In this document: piece by piece, positions 1 through 9,529 of the stretch | Layout of the letters: each line of letters begins with the position of its first letter | Position numbering within the stretch: position 1 is the stretch's first letter | Assembly (NCBI GenBank): GCA_014728035.1 | Contig: WJMJ01000072.1 | Coordinates: forward strand, 1 to 41,960 | Source of the DNA: Promethearchaeota archaeon | GTDB taxonomy: Archaea > Asgardarchaeota > Thorarchaeia > Thorarchaeales > Thorarchaeaceae | Direction of reading: 5' to 3' | DNA length: 41,960 nt | Position numbers and translations under genes: made by a program | The notes under the pieces: generated by a model | What the model saw: the letters and a program-made list of their open reading frames with translations, nothing else | Told to the model about the DNA's origin: nothing | The model's database searches: none

Positions 1-128
1 AAACGGTACTGGAACTGGCTCGGTCCTGGTCAGGGATCCTGTGTCTGTAGACCAAATCTCTATTCCAGATCACTCCATATAAACTCCTATCAGATCTTGT
101 CCAACAATGTCCAAGTTTTCAGTAGCTG
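1..128 (-). mobile_element. Probable end of an insertion sequence interrupting the LLM oxidoreductase gene (family not determined)
   Basis: LLM homology stops abruptly at PIWVA. The minus strand then reads CAGCTACTGAAAAC-TTGGACA-TTG-TTGGACA, i.e. a CAG terminus with a 7-bp subterminal direct repeat at 98-104 and 108-114. The other end is outside the window. Confidence 0.4.
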
Positions 129-652
129 ATTGCTACCCATATTGGAACTCTGGGTTTCTGGACTGGTTTTGGCAAAAACCTGACATCTTTAATCGTGTAA
201 AACTGCCCATCGAAACTAGGGCGATCCTCTGTCCAGAGAAGGTCAAGAATCTGTAATGCCTCTCTTAGCTGTAGAATTCTTGTTTTTGCCGATGGGAATT
301 CATAACCATATGCATCATATTCCGCTTTTTTCCAACCTGCTCCGATACCCAAGTCTATTCTTCCGTTCGAAGCATTATCCAAGTTAGCAACTATTTTCGC
401 TAATAGAGCTGGATTTCTATATGACTGAGATGTGACCTGAGTTCCAAGCATAATCTGTGTTGTCTGGGGAACAAGAAGCGCAATTGCTGTCCACGCCTCA
501 TAGCATTGATTTTCAGTCCCTTTTGGATGGCCAAAAAAGTGATCCGATACTGTGAAGCGGTAAAAATCTGCTTTGTCAGCTGCTTCTGCTAATACCACTA
601 TGTCCTCGTAGGAATATCCCACATGAGGCTCAATATGAATGCCAATTTTCAC
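119..652 (-). pseudogene. LLM-class (probably F420-dependent) oxidoreductase, C-terminally truncated
   Basis: Motifs SDHF, YRNPALLAK, GRIDLGIGAGW, PKPVQKP-PIWV. Only about 177 aa remain versus roughly 300 aa for the family. Likely GTG start at 652 after GGTGG. Confidence 0.8.
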
Positions 653-853
653 AAGACCACCATTATCTTTCTGGAAATAATCACTCTTGAAGCTACTCCT
701 AGGTATAATGAGTAACACCACAATAGTACGTCTTTAATACTTTTAACTAGTAGGCGATGCCTATTTATGTCGGTATTAATATGCGGCGTCTTACTATCGA
801 CAATTAACGATTCGGCCTATCAGCCGAAAACGGAGGATTATCGAGTGACACAA

Positions 854-2365
854 ATGTACAATAAAGTCACCGCCGAGGTTGTAAAGAAGCTCGTTTCGAT
901 TTGTGGCGATAAATACGTTACGACAAGCGAGCCACTTCGTCACAGCTATATGGCCAGAGGCATCATGGGCAATGAGGCTGTTCTCCCAGAGTGTATTGTG
1001 AGACCTGCCAATGCAGAAGAGGTCTCCAAGATTCTCATTGTAGCAAACGAGAACCTCAGTCCAGTAACACCTGCTGCCGGAGGCCTCAGTGGAGGTTTTG
1101 CGCTTCCAGCTATAGAGCCTGGCGGAATATACATGGATATGACACGCATGGACAAGATGACTGTAGATACGGAGAATCGGGTTATGGTCGTCGAACCTGG
1201 TGTCAAGTCTGGTGACGCATGGAGAATTTTCAAGACCAAATATCCTGACTGGGCTCCACCTATTCCTGATGGTGCACCCCCAGCAGCAACCGTACTTGGT
1301 GATGCAATAGAGAGAGGTTTTTCGCTTGTGACTGGTGTTTACGGTCCTCAAGCAGATATGATCATGGGTATGGAAGTAGTTCTTCCAACAGGTGAGATTT
1401 TTCACACTGGTTCTTGGGCTCTTCCTGGAGCAAAACCCTTCTATCGTTGGGGTGTTGGACCCAATCCTGATGGTCTCTTTCTCGGTTCCCAAGGTTCAAT
1501 GGGTATCATTACTAAATGTGCTATCAAAATGGTACCTCATCCACATTACAAGACAGTAGTCGCCTATGGTGGCGAGACTTGGGATGATATCATTCGTCCA
1601 GCTTGGGAGATATCCAAACATGAGATGGGGATTGCTGAACGAACTGTTATGGTTCAGGGTGGAAATTATGAGCTTGTAATGACTAGATGGCCAAAGGAAA
1701 GTGTTCCTGTTGACTATGAATTTTACAAGAAGATTGGTGTTGACCAAAAATGGATGAACTATGAGTGTTGGGCATGGTCTAAGGAGGAGCTTGACGAGAC
1801 CTTACAGGGTATCGACAAAATCTACAAAGAGTACGAAGTCCGTGAGAAAAGAACACTCCCTCAACAGGATCTTCATCCTAAACAGGTTGCATCACGACTG
1901 AAGAAACCAAACAAGATTGCCATTCCATACTCGTTATGGCAAGCCGGATTCCTCTTCATCACATGGTATTGTCCTTGGCTTGAATCTGGTGAAATGATGG
2001 AGGAGTATTGTGCAGCAATGGAAAATTATGGATTCCCACCAACTATGTGGGTTGCGTCCATTGACCACGCTCGACAAGCAATTGTCATGCCAATCCTCTG
2101 TTATGACAGTACAGAACCTGGTATCTTTGACAAGATTAGAGAATTCAATCTTGAAACAACTAAGAGCTTCCTTAAGAAAGGCTGGATAAATTACAGACCC
2201 GACACCTTTGTCCACGCTCCAGAAACATTCGCAAAAGCGAAAGAATACTACAAGATGCTGGTGAAGTTCAGAAAAGTTCTGGATCCCAATATGATCCTGC
2301 ATCCTGGTCGGCTAGCAATCCCCTGGGAGACTGTTAGTGACAAGCCAAGTCCTCTTCAGGAGTGA
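854..2365 (+). CDS. FAD-binding oxidoreductase, GlcD/VAO-PCMH superfamily
   Basis: VRPANAEEVSKIL, VEPGV, ATVLGDAIERG, GMEVVLPTGE, GSQGSMGIITK and C-terminal LDPNMILHPG. ATG at 854 preferred over 767. Confidence 0.88.
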   Translation: MYNKVTAEVVKKLVSICGDKYVTTSEPLRHSYMARGIMGNEAVLPECIVRPANAEEVSKILIVANENLSPVTPAAGGLSGGFALPAIEPGGIYMDMTRMDKMTVDTENRVMVVEPGVKSGDAWRIFKTKYPDWAPPIPDGAPPAATVLGDAIERGFSLVTGVYGPQADMIMGMEVVLPTGEIFHTGSWALPGAKPFYRWGVGPNPDGLFLGSQGSMGIITKCAIKMVPHPHYKTVVAYGGETWDDIIRPAWEISKHEMGIAERTVMVQGGNYELVMTRWPKESVPVDYEFYKKIGVDQKWMNYECWAWSKEELDETLQGIDKIYKEYEVREKRTLPQQDLHPKQVASRLKKPNKIAIPYSLWQAGFLFITWYCPWLESGEMMEEYCAAMENYGFPPTMWVASIDHARQAIVMPILCYDSTEPGIFDKIREFNLETTKSFLKKGWINYRPDTFVHAPETFAKAKEYYKMLVKFRKVLDPNMILHPGRLAIPWETVSDKPSPLQE

Positions 2366-2437
2366 AACCTTGGAGGATGAATAAGTTACCAAACGTAACA
2401 CTAAATACACTAGAAATGGAATGGAGGAACGATTGAG

Positions 2438-3751
2438 ATGACAAGTCTAGAAGAGCTGCGAAAGATCAATGCACGTTGCATACACTGTCGTGCATGTCAA
2501 TATGCCTATTCAGGAGAACCTGATAGAGAAGGTGAGGATGAAACCTACACCGGAATGCTTCAGGGCTGTCCTGCTGGTCTATACTTTGGTTGGGAGGGTT
2601 ATTACAACTCAGGCAAACAATGGATGGCAAGGGCATTTCTGAACGGCGAACTTGCTGCAAGCAAAGAACTGCTTGAAGTGACAGAAGCGTGCACCACCTG
2701 TGGTATGTGTGAAACCCAATGCCCCAATTATATTGACACGGTTCATGTCACAGAGGCTCTACGAGCAGCTGTTATTGAAGCGGGTGTTGAACCTCTCGAC
2801 AAACACAAGATCTTTGGTGAACGAGTTAGAAACACAGAATTACGAAATCCCTACAAGGAACCTCGCGAAGAACGTACAAAGTGGCTTGGAGATAACACTG
2901 ATGTTATAGACAAAGACGCTAAGATTGCATACTATGTCGGATGCACTGCTGCATATAGACAGCAGCAGATTGCTGACCACACCGCGAGCATCTTGAAGAA
3001 AATGGGTGTTGATTTTACTGTAGTTAGCGATGAGGTCTGTTGTGGGTCTCCAATTCTTCGTACTGGTCAGCGTGACGCTTTCCACGAAGTGATGAGCGAA
3101 AATCTTGAGATGTTCAAGGATTACGACCTAGTTCTTTTCAGCTGTGCGGGTTGTTACAAGACTTTCCGTAATGATTATCCTTCACACAGTGGCGAACCAC
3201 TCCCCTTCAAAGTCCGTCACGCAGTAGAATATGCTTACGACCTGATTGAAGAAGGAAAACTCGACATCAAGAAGGAATACAAGAAGAAAGTGACATGGCA
3301 CGACCCCTGTCACAGTATTCGTCATGTCGGAATTGCCATTGAGAAAGAGATTCTTGCAGGTTCTAAGAACTGGTTGCTAGATAGCCGAAAAGCTGAGAAA
3401 GCAAAACAAGCTCATTATGAGATTCCACGTATTGTTTTGAACAATATTCCAGGACTTGAACTGGTTGAGATGTACCGTAATCGAGGTAATAGCTTCTGCT
3501 GTGGTGCTGGTGGTGGTGTCAAGGCGCAATTCCCTGACATGGCTATGTTTGCATCCAAGGAACGTCTCAAAGAAGCAGCAGCAACCGGTGCGGAGATTCT
3601 CATGACTAGCTGTCCCTTCTGCGTAACTAACTTCAATGATGGAATCAAGGCATTGAAGAAAGAAGAAGAAGCGACTGGAAAAGATCTCTCAGCAGAGGGG
3701 TCAAAGCTAAAAGTCGTTGAGCTTCTTGAACTCTTAGATGAACTATTATAG
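2438..3751 (+). CDS. Fe-S oxidoreductase with ferredoxin-type Cys motifs and two CCG domains (GlcF/HdrD-like)
   Basis: CIHCRAC...CP, CTTCGMCETQCP, YYVGC, EVCCGSP, CAGC, WHDPCH, FCCGAGGG, SCPFC. SD GGAGG upstream; co-oriented with the FAD subunit. Confidence 0.92.
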   Translation: MTSLEELRKINARCIHCRACQYAYSGEPDREGEDETYTGMLQGCPAGLYFGWEGYYNSGKQWMARAFLNGELAASKELLEVTEACTTCGMCETQCPNYIDTVHVTEALRAAVIEAGVEPLDKHKIFGERVRNTELRNPYKEPREERTKWLGDNTDVIDKDAKIAYYVGCTAAYRQQQIADHTASILKKMGVDFTVVSDEVCCGSPILRTGQRDAFHEVMSENLEMFKDYDLVLFSCAGCYKTFRNDYPSHSGEPLPFKVRHAVEYAYDLIEEGKLDIKKEYKKKVTWHDPCHSIRHVGIAIEKEILAGSKNWLLDSRKAEKAKQAHYEIPRIVLNNIPGLELVEMYRNRGNSFCCGAGGGVKAQFPDMAMFASKERLKEAAATGAEILMTSCPFCVTNFNDGIKALKKEEEATGKDLSAEGSKLKVVELLELLDELL

Positions 3752-3759
3752 TGAAAAGT

Positions 3760-3798
3760 AGAGGTCCTACCTATTGGACCTCTCTATTTTCTTTTTTA
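3760..3798 (+). terminator. Stem-loop plus T-tract after the FAD/Fe-S operon
   Basis: AGAGGTCC(3760-3767)-8 nt-GGACCTCT(3776-3783) followed by CTATTTTCTTTTTT. Confidence 0.7.
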
Positions 3799-3994
3799 AT
3801 TATGAATCAGATTTTGTATCAGAAATCAATTTGTTTCTATACTTAGTATATCTTGCTTGAATCTATTATAATCGATTTTCCCTTTTTTAGCATCTCTTAT
3901 TGCTACCAAGTCTGCTCCGATTAGATTGAATTCCGAATTTAGTAATATATGCTCCACAGATTCTACTCTCTTTTGAAATCAGTAAGATGTATTA

Positions 3995-5578
3995 TCATAT
4001 ATCTTTAGGAAACGAAATTATGAATTTAGCTCCCTTATTTGGATATCCACTAATTCGATCGGTGATTGCAATCGAGCCCTCGTATTTTTTGATTATTTGG
4101 GATGCCTGATGAAGACCTACCCCCCCAAACCTTCTTGTGGGGTCGAAAAGATACTTTTTCCGTTTATCTGGTATTCCTGGTCCATTATCACTTATACTAA
4201 CAACATAACTATCTGCAGCTTCGGATTTCTCTATCCATATTCTCTTTGAATCCTTTTTATTGTGGATAATAGCATTCTCTATGATACTATACAGTAGATA
4301 ATCTATGTACTTATCAGCTAAAACTAAGGCTTTTTCGCGGCTCTCATCCACTTCTATTTGAGTTTCAGGATAGTTTGTACGTATCTCTTCGACTATTCTT
4401 GTCAAAACCTCTGAGAGGTCGTACTCTTTAAGTGGTGTGTTAAGAAGCCCTTCTGTACTATGGACATTTGTAATAATGTTCTGGCATGATTCAATTGCTC
4501 TTTCAATCATCTCTATTGCTTTCTCAGCAGGGGCGTCTTCAATCAATTCTCGCATCAATGAAGTTCCCATCATGATTGCTTGCAGCTGGTTTCTTATATC
4601 ATGCCCCATTACATCCAAATATAGAGTGGCAGTTTCAGCAATCTTCTTCATTTTGTCTTCAGTTTTCTTTCGTTCCGAGATATCTCGAACAATTGCCTGC
4701 AAAATAATTTCGTTATCAAGAATAATACGATTTAGTCCAACCTCTGCTGAAAAAATTGAACCGTCACATCTGGTATGTTGCCACTCAAAATATAGGGATT
4801 TCCCATCGTGTGCCTGCTGAATCAAGCTCAGAGCTTTCTCCTTTGATGCTTGTCCATCGGGTTGTTTTTCGGGAGAAAAATCATAGGGTTTTCCACTCAG
4901 GAGTTTTTCTTTGGAGCAACCAAACATCTCGATAGCCCGAGTATTGCACTCAACAAACTTATCAAACCTCATGAGGAAAATTGCATCATTGGCTTTCTCA
5001 AAGAGCATTTGGTACTGTTTTTCACTTTTCCTCAGTGCTTCTCTTGCTCTCTGTCTTTCGAGGATTGTTTTCAACATTGTCACGAGAGTTTCGTAGAAAC
5101 TAAATATTTCGTCAGATAGATCTTTGACTTCCAAACTAGCAAGGCTCATCACTCCCAGTAGGGTGTCGTTTTCTCCTAATACCGGCCATACAAAAAGTGA
5201 TTTTGCATCAATCTCTATATGTGTTGAATAATCTCGCAGCATTTCATTATGCTCTACATCTAATGCATATACTGGTTCTCTTGTTCTAGCTACTTTGGAC
5301 ACGATTCTTGAATCATCGTTCAAATCTACAGAATCGGGAAAATGTTTGTCTGGTGGCCCAATCGAAGCTATTAGGTCTAGTGTCTTTGTTTCACTATTGA
5401 ATATGCGAACTACACCCATATCAAAAAGAAAGATGTCTGAAAGGTTGGCGAGAATTCTACTTAATAGCGCCTCTGGACGTAGCGATTCAACAGCTGCCTC
5501 AGCAATTGCTTGATACGCTCTTCTCTCCCGAATAAGCATGTCTAGAGTTCTCTCATCGATTTTCCTTTTTTCGGACAT
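3995..5578 (-). CDS. Cytoplasmic GAF-PAS sensor histidine kinase
   Basis: GAF region (PVLGENDTLLGVMSL), PAS (LFEKANDAIFL...FEWQHTRCDGS...RDISERK), H-box VMGHDIRNQL, N-box IIENAIIHN, G-boxes DNGPGIP and GGVGL. ATG at 5578 preferred. Confidence 0.93.
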   Translation of the reverse strand: MSEKRKIDERTLDMLIRERRAYQAIAEAAVESLRPEALLSRILANLSDIFLFDMGVVRIFNSETKTLDLIASIGPPDKHFPDSVDLNDDSRIVSKVARTREPVYALDVEHNEMLRDYSTHIEIDAKSLFVWPVLGENDTLLGVMSLASLEVKDLSDEIFSFYETLVTMLKTILERQRAREALRKSEKQYQMLFEKANDAIFLMRFDKFVECNTRAIEMFGCSKEKLLSGKPYDFSPEKQPDGQASKEKALSLIQQAHDGKSLYFEWQHTRCDGSIFSAEVGLNRIILDNEIILQAIVRDISERKKTEDKMKKIAETATLYLDVMGHDIRNQLQAIMMGTSLMRELIEDAPAEKAIEMIERAIESCQNIITNVHSTEGLLNTPLKEYDLSEVLTRIVEEIRTNYPETQIEVDESREKALVLADKYIDYLLYSIIENAIIHNKKDSKRIWIEKSEAADSYVVSISDNGPGIPDKRKKYLFDPTRRFGGVGLHQASQIIKKYEGSIAITDRISGYPNKGAKFIISFPKDI

Positions 5579-5673
5579 CAATCTGCCTCCCAACTGTCGA
5601 TAACTATCTAAGGACACATGAAATGATATCAAATGCTTGAATAATCTTTCCAAGACCTATCTCTACTTTCATT

Positions 5674-6318
5674 TCATGATGTTGATTCTACTTTCTTTTT
5701 CTCAAATATATTCGAGAGTCTATCAGTGTAGTGCAAATAGTTAATCATCCAAATCCAAAAGATTGCTCCCAACGCAGATACTAATTCTCTAGCAGCAAAA
5801 CCGGCCCATGGAGTAATCAATGCCCAAAGGCAGAGAAATGGTAATACTAACGATAGTACTGCGAACCACCGCTGTTGAGGAAATCTTAGCCATGCCAAGC
5901 CGGTTACCCACATTGCAAATGGATATGACAAGAAGAATGAGATTGCTGCAAAGGCATGTTGCACAATGAAATCTTCTGAAAATACTCCGACCATCAAAAG
6001 AAATAACGAAGTACCTGAAAATATCAGCATACCCAATTTTGTTGGTATATCCGTTGTTTTTTTGATAAACAAAATGGTGAAATAGAATAGCAAACCTCCA
6101 GTTAGTATGAGACTCGCATTGAAGATTATTGCACTAATGACTTGAAATTCACCAAAGTCCTTTCTGAACCAGCTTCCTAAATCACTTATTGCATCATTCC
6201 ATGTCCAATTAGGCAATAAAAGAATAGAAATTAGGATTCCGATAAGACCTATAATTGGACTCACGAAGCCAATGAGATTCATCCTCGGAATTGAACGTAT
6301 TCTATTAACAGAAGACAT
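5674..6318 (-). CDS. DUF998-like multi-pass membrane protein
   Basis: AISDLG, IFNASLI, VGVFSE..H motifs with about 6 hydrophobic helices. Confidence 0.75.
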   Translation of the reverse strand: MSSVNRIRSIPRMNLIGFVSPIIGLIGILISILLLPNWTWNDAISDLGSWFRKDFGEFQVISAIIFNASLILTGGLLFYFTILFIKKTTDIPTKLGMLIFSGTSLFLLMVGVFSEDFIVQHAFAAISFFLSYPFAMWVTGLAWLRFPQQRWFAVLSLVLPFLCLWALITPWAGFAARELVSALGAIFWIWMINYLHYTDRLSNIFEKKKVESTS

Positions 6319-6454
6319 GACTATTTGAAGTACTTACGGCTATTTCAATTCTTGTTTGTTTCTTGGAATAGAGGTCCACATCAAAGATTCTATTATTCAG
6401 ATCTTCTTACGATGTTTTGTTTCTTCACACTGAACCTTGGTTATTCTTCTATTT

Positions 6455-7120
6455 TCAGAGTACTTCCAATTTGCCTGATTCTTTATAATAGATAAATATC
6501 CACAACCAGATTATTGCTGTCAGTGCGGTACTTATTTCGGGTATAGCAACTCCAGTCCATCCAAAGACTTCTGTGGGGAGGGGCGTCAGCCACAAGAGAA
6601 TCGATATGAATGGCATGAAAATGAATAGCACGGATACCATCCGCAAAGAAGGCGATTTTATCCATCGTATTGCTATTATCCACATTGTCCAAGGAAATGA
6701 GAGGAAGAAACCAACAGATACAATGAAGTGGAGATATCCAAAATTTTCACTGAAGATTCCAATGGACATCAAGAATATTGTTGCAATGAAGAATAATCCA
6801 AGGGCAATTTTTGTAAGCTGGTCATTGAATTCACGAAACAGCCGAAACACGGCATACATAACTAAGATAGCTGTTGTTATCAAACTACCATTAAAGATGA
6901 TTGCAACAACTAACTGCGGGCCTCCTAGGTCTGTCCGTGTGTAATGTCCTAAATCGCTTAGAGCATTATCAGTCCAGAGAAAGTTTGGTGAAAGTGCAAT
7001 CGCGGTTATTATCCCAAGTAGCGCTATTAGTGGTGCAAAATATCCAATAAGTGCATATCTGGGTAATGAGACTATTTTCTCCCTAAGTGACATTGTTATC
7101 ATCCAGAAATAGTAAATCAT
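6455..7120 (-). CDS. DUF998-like multi-pass membrane protein (tandem paralog); start may be 7093
   Basis: NALSDLG, IFNGSLI, IGIFSE...LH, GVAIPE. Collinear similarity to 5674-6318. Confidence 0.78.
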   Translation of the reverse strand: MIYYFWMITMSLREKIVSLPRYALIGYFAPLIALLGIITAIALSPNFLWTDNALSDLGHYTRTDLGGPQLVVAIIFNGSLITTAILVMYAVFRLFREFNDQLTKIALGLFFIATIFLMSIGIFSENFGYLHFIVSVGFFLSFPWTMWIIAIRWIKSPSLRMVSVLFIFMPFISILLWLTPLPTEVFGWTGVAIPEISTALTAIIWLWIFIYYKESGKLEVL

Positions 7121-7221
7121 GTGTCCTATTATGCAATTCGCTAATTGGATACACGGTAACTATATTTCACTTCATGTACACCAAAAGCATACGAGTTCAA
7201 CAAATAATTGGAGTTTAATCA

Positions 7222-7650
7222 ATGTCTGAATCGCCTATTTGCCCATATTGTGGTACCAATGTTACTATTCAAGGTTCTATTCCCTATGATGCGAAAATAA
7301 AAGTGAATTGTCCAAATTGTGGGAGTACCTTCGAATATGTTTCCGGTTTTGGTGCTTTCTCATCGGATGGCCCACGAAGGTCCAGTTACGATGCGTCAGA
7401 CATATCTCCACGCCCATCGCGTGTATATGATGGTTCGTCTGAAGGCTATGATACTCAAACGGGTAGGAGAGACTATCTAGACCCTGACACTCCGATTCCA
7501 GATCCACTTCTTGCTAGAAGAGGAGATAGTGAAGGACCTTCTTGCGGAAAAGCATGTGGAATCATTTGTGGACTGTGTTGTATTATGTGGATTCTTCTGG
7601 TTTTTCTTGCTCTGATCTCAGTTATTGGATCCGGATCAATTTGGTTTTGA
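7222..7650 (+). CDS. Zinc-ribbon protein with C-terminal Cys-rich membrane anchor
   Basis: CPYCG...CPNCG, a disordered linker, then SCGKACGIICGLCC and a hydrophobic tail. SD GGAG upstream. Confidence 0.75.
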   Translation: MSESPICPYCGTNVTIQGSIPYDAKIKVNCPNCGSTFEYVSGFGAFSSDGPRRSSYDASDISPRPSRVYDGSSEGYDTQTGRRDYLDPDTPIPDPLLARRGDSEGPSCGKACGIICGLCCIMWILLVFLALISVIGSGSIWF

Positions 7651-7815
7651 TTGGTTTATAGAGAGATTCATGATAATTAAAGCAGAGCGGAAATGAATCG
7701 ATTAGTATCAATAGGCAATTTCTGCGGTCTTACATCTTGAATAGTTACGGTCAAACATAAAAGGGAGGATGCTTTTGACGGCCGGAGAATCATCTACGAT
7801 TATCAGGTGAAGAAT

Positions 7816-8727
7816 TTGACAGAGGCCGAGGTTGAAGATAAGAGAATAACTTTGGCTGAAGCCGCCAAAATGGTGCCAGATGGTGCTGATATGTTTTGGG
7901 GCGGCTTTGGTTACCAACGAGCTCCTATTGCATTTGCAAGTGAGCTTGTTAGACAAAAGAAACGGAATATCACAATCCATACCTGTGGTTCGGAAGTGGA
8001 CCTTGAGATTATGGCAGGTGCTGGTGTAGCAAGTCGATTCGAAATTGCTTTTACCGCCATCGAAGCTCTTGGACTTGCGAACAACATGCGAAGACGAGTT
8101 GCTGAGGGCAAGGTCGAGGTTGAAGACTATAGTAACCTTGCTATGGCTATGCGTTTTCTGGGTGGAGCACTAAATGTACCATTCATGCCAATTCGTAGCC
8201 TGATGGGTACAGACATGGTCGAAAAAGTACGTTATCGAGAAGATAAATTGAAGATTATTGATTGTCCTTTTACAGGCGATAAGATCTGTCTAGTGCCATC
8301 ACTACAACCCGATTTCAGTATTGTACATGTTCAAAGAATAGATATGAGTGGAAACGCTCAGATTGACGGAATTGTTGGTGAGGACATAGAAGGCTCTCGA
8401 TGTGGAAAGAAGCTGATTGTACTTGCTGAGGAGCTGATTGATGTGCAAGAGGTCAAAAACCGACCGGATCAAACAAAGATTCCAGCTCTCTACGTGGATC
8501 ATGTTGTTGTAGAGCCATTTGTTGCACATCCCATGCAGTGTCATATGTACTATGATTACGATTTGCCCTTCCTTCAGATGTTCCATAAGAAGACGAAATC
8601 TGAAGAGGGATGGCAGGAATACTTGAATGAGTACATACTGGGTGTTGAGAATCATCAGGAGTATCTTGCAAAAATCGGTTGGCAAAGATTGAATGCTCTT
8701 CGAGCAATGAAACCCATGGGGTATTAG
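7816..8727 (+). CDS. Family I CoA-transferase subunit A (glutaconate CoA-transferase GctA-like)
   Basis: GGFGYQRAP, EDYSN, PFMPIRSLMGTD, PDFSIVHVQRIDMSGN, AHP...YYDYD. TTG at 7816 follows SD AGGTGA (ORF track start 7807). Confidence 0.9.
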   Translation: MTEAEVEDKRITLAEAAKMVPDGADMFWGGFGYQRAPIAFASELVRQKKRNITIHTCGSEVDLEIMAGAGVASRFEIAFTAIEALGLANNMRRRVAEGKVEVEDYSNLAMAMRFLGGALNVPFMPIRSLMGTDMVEKVRYREDKLKIIDCPFTGDKICLVPSLQPDFSIVHVQRIDMSGNAQIDGIVGEDIEGSRCGKKLIVLAEELIDVQEVKNRPDQTKIPALYVDHVVVEPFVAHPMQCHMYYDYDLPFLQMFHKKTKSEEGWQEYLNEYILGVENHQEYLAKIGWQRLNALRAMKPMGY

Positions 8728-8738
8728 GAGGAAAGAAA

Positions 8739-9509
8739 ATGGTTGAATACACAAAAATAGAATTTTTAGCAGCATGTGCTTCCCGTCATGTTAGAGATGG
8801 CGAAAATGTATTTGGAGGAACTGGGCTTCCTCTATTAGCAGCACTTCTAGCAAAAGAAACCCATGCGCCAAAATCCAATCTCATCTCAGAAGCTGGATTT
8901 ATCGATGCACGACCAAAAAATGTTCCACTCTCCGTTGCAGACTCCAGATATTACTATGGTGCCTCAGCATCAATTGGACTTATTGAAACTCTAGGATTCC
9001 TTCTTCAAGGCGGAAGAATTGATGTAGGATTTCTTGGAGCAGCACAGCTTGACGAATATGGAAATCTCAATACTACCTACATTGGTTCCTTTGAGAAACC
9101 AAAGGTGAAACTTCCAGGTAGTGGCGGAGGCAATGATATCGCATCATCTGCAAAACGATTGATAATTATGATGACCCATGATAAGCGAAAATTTGTCAAG
9201 AAGCTAGACTACTTCACTAGCCCTGGTCACATGGAAGGTCCAGGTTCTCGTGAAAAATGGAATCTTGTAGGTGGTGGTCCTGAGGTTGTGATTACCGATA
9301 TGTGCCAGATGGATTTTGACCCTGACACCTTGAAGATACGATTAATGTCGGTACATCCTGGTTATACTGTTGAAGATATTCTTGACAATGTCATGTTCGA
9401 TCTGATAGTTCCGGATGAGGTTCCCACGACAAAAGAGCCAACTCAAGACCAGATTGACATAATGCACAGATTGGACCCAAATGGTATCTATCTTGGCAAA
9501 GGTGGCTAG
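8739..9509 (+). CDS. Family I CoA-transferase subunit B (GctB-like)
   Basis: GTGLP, catalytic-Glu region ISEAG, DVGFLGAAQLDEYGNLNTT, LPGSGGGND, SVHPG. SD AGGAGG before ATG 8739. Confidence 0.92.
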   Translation: MVEYTKIEFLAACASRHVRDGENVFGGTGLPLLAALLAKETHAPKSNLISEAGFIDARPKNVPLSVADSRYYYGASASIGLIETLGFLLQGGRIDVGFLGAAQLDEYGNLNTTYIGSFEKPKVKLPGSGGGNDIASSAKRLIIMMTHDKRKFVKKLDYFTSPGHMEGPGSREKWNLVGGGPEVVITDMCQMDFDPDTLKIRLMSVHPGYTVEDILDNVMFDLIVPDEVPTTKEPTQDQIDIMHRLDPNGIYLGKGG

Positions 9510-9529
9510 TTTTCAAGGATTCGATATTC

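Noticed and set aside
794-1492. 232-aa antisense ORF, and similar shadow ORFs at 8302-8775, 24411-24893, 33342-34007 and 34341-34763
   Set aside because: They lie opposite well-supported genes and have no motifs; typical antisense shadows.
2363-2400. Selenocysteine read-through of the FAD oxidoreductase TGA stop
   Set aside because: The protein is already complete (LDP..ILHPG end); read-through meets another TGA and then TAA within a few codons.
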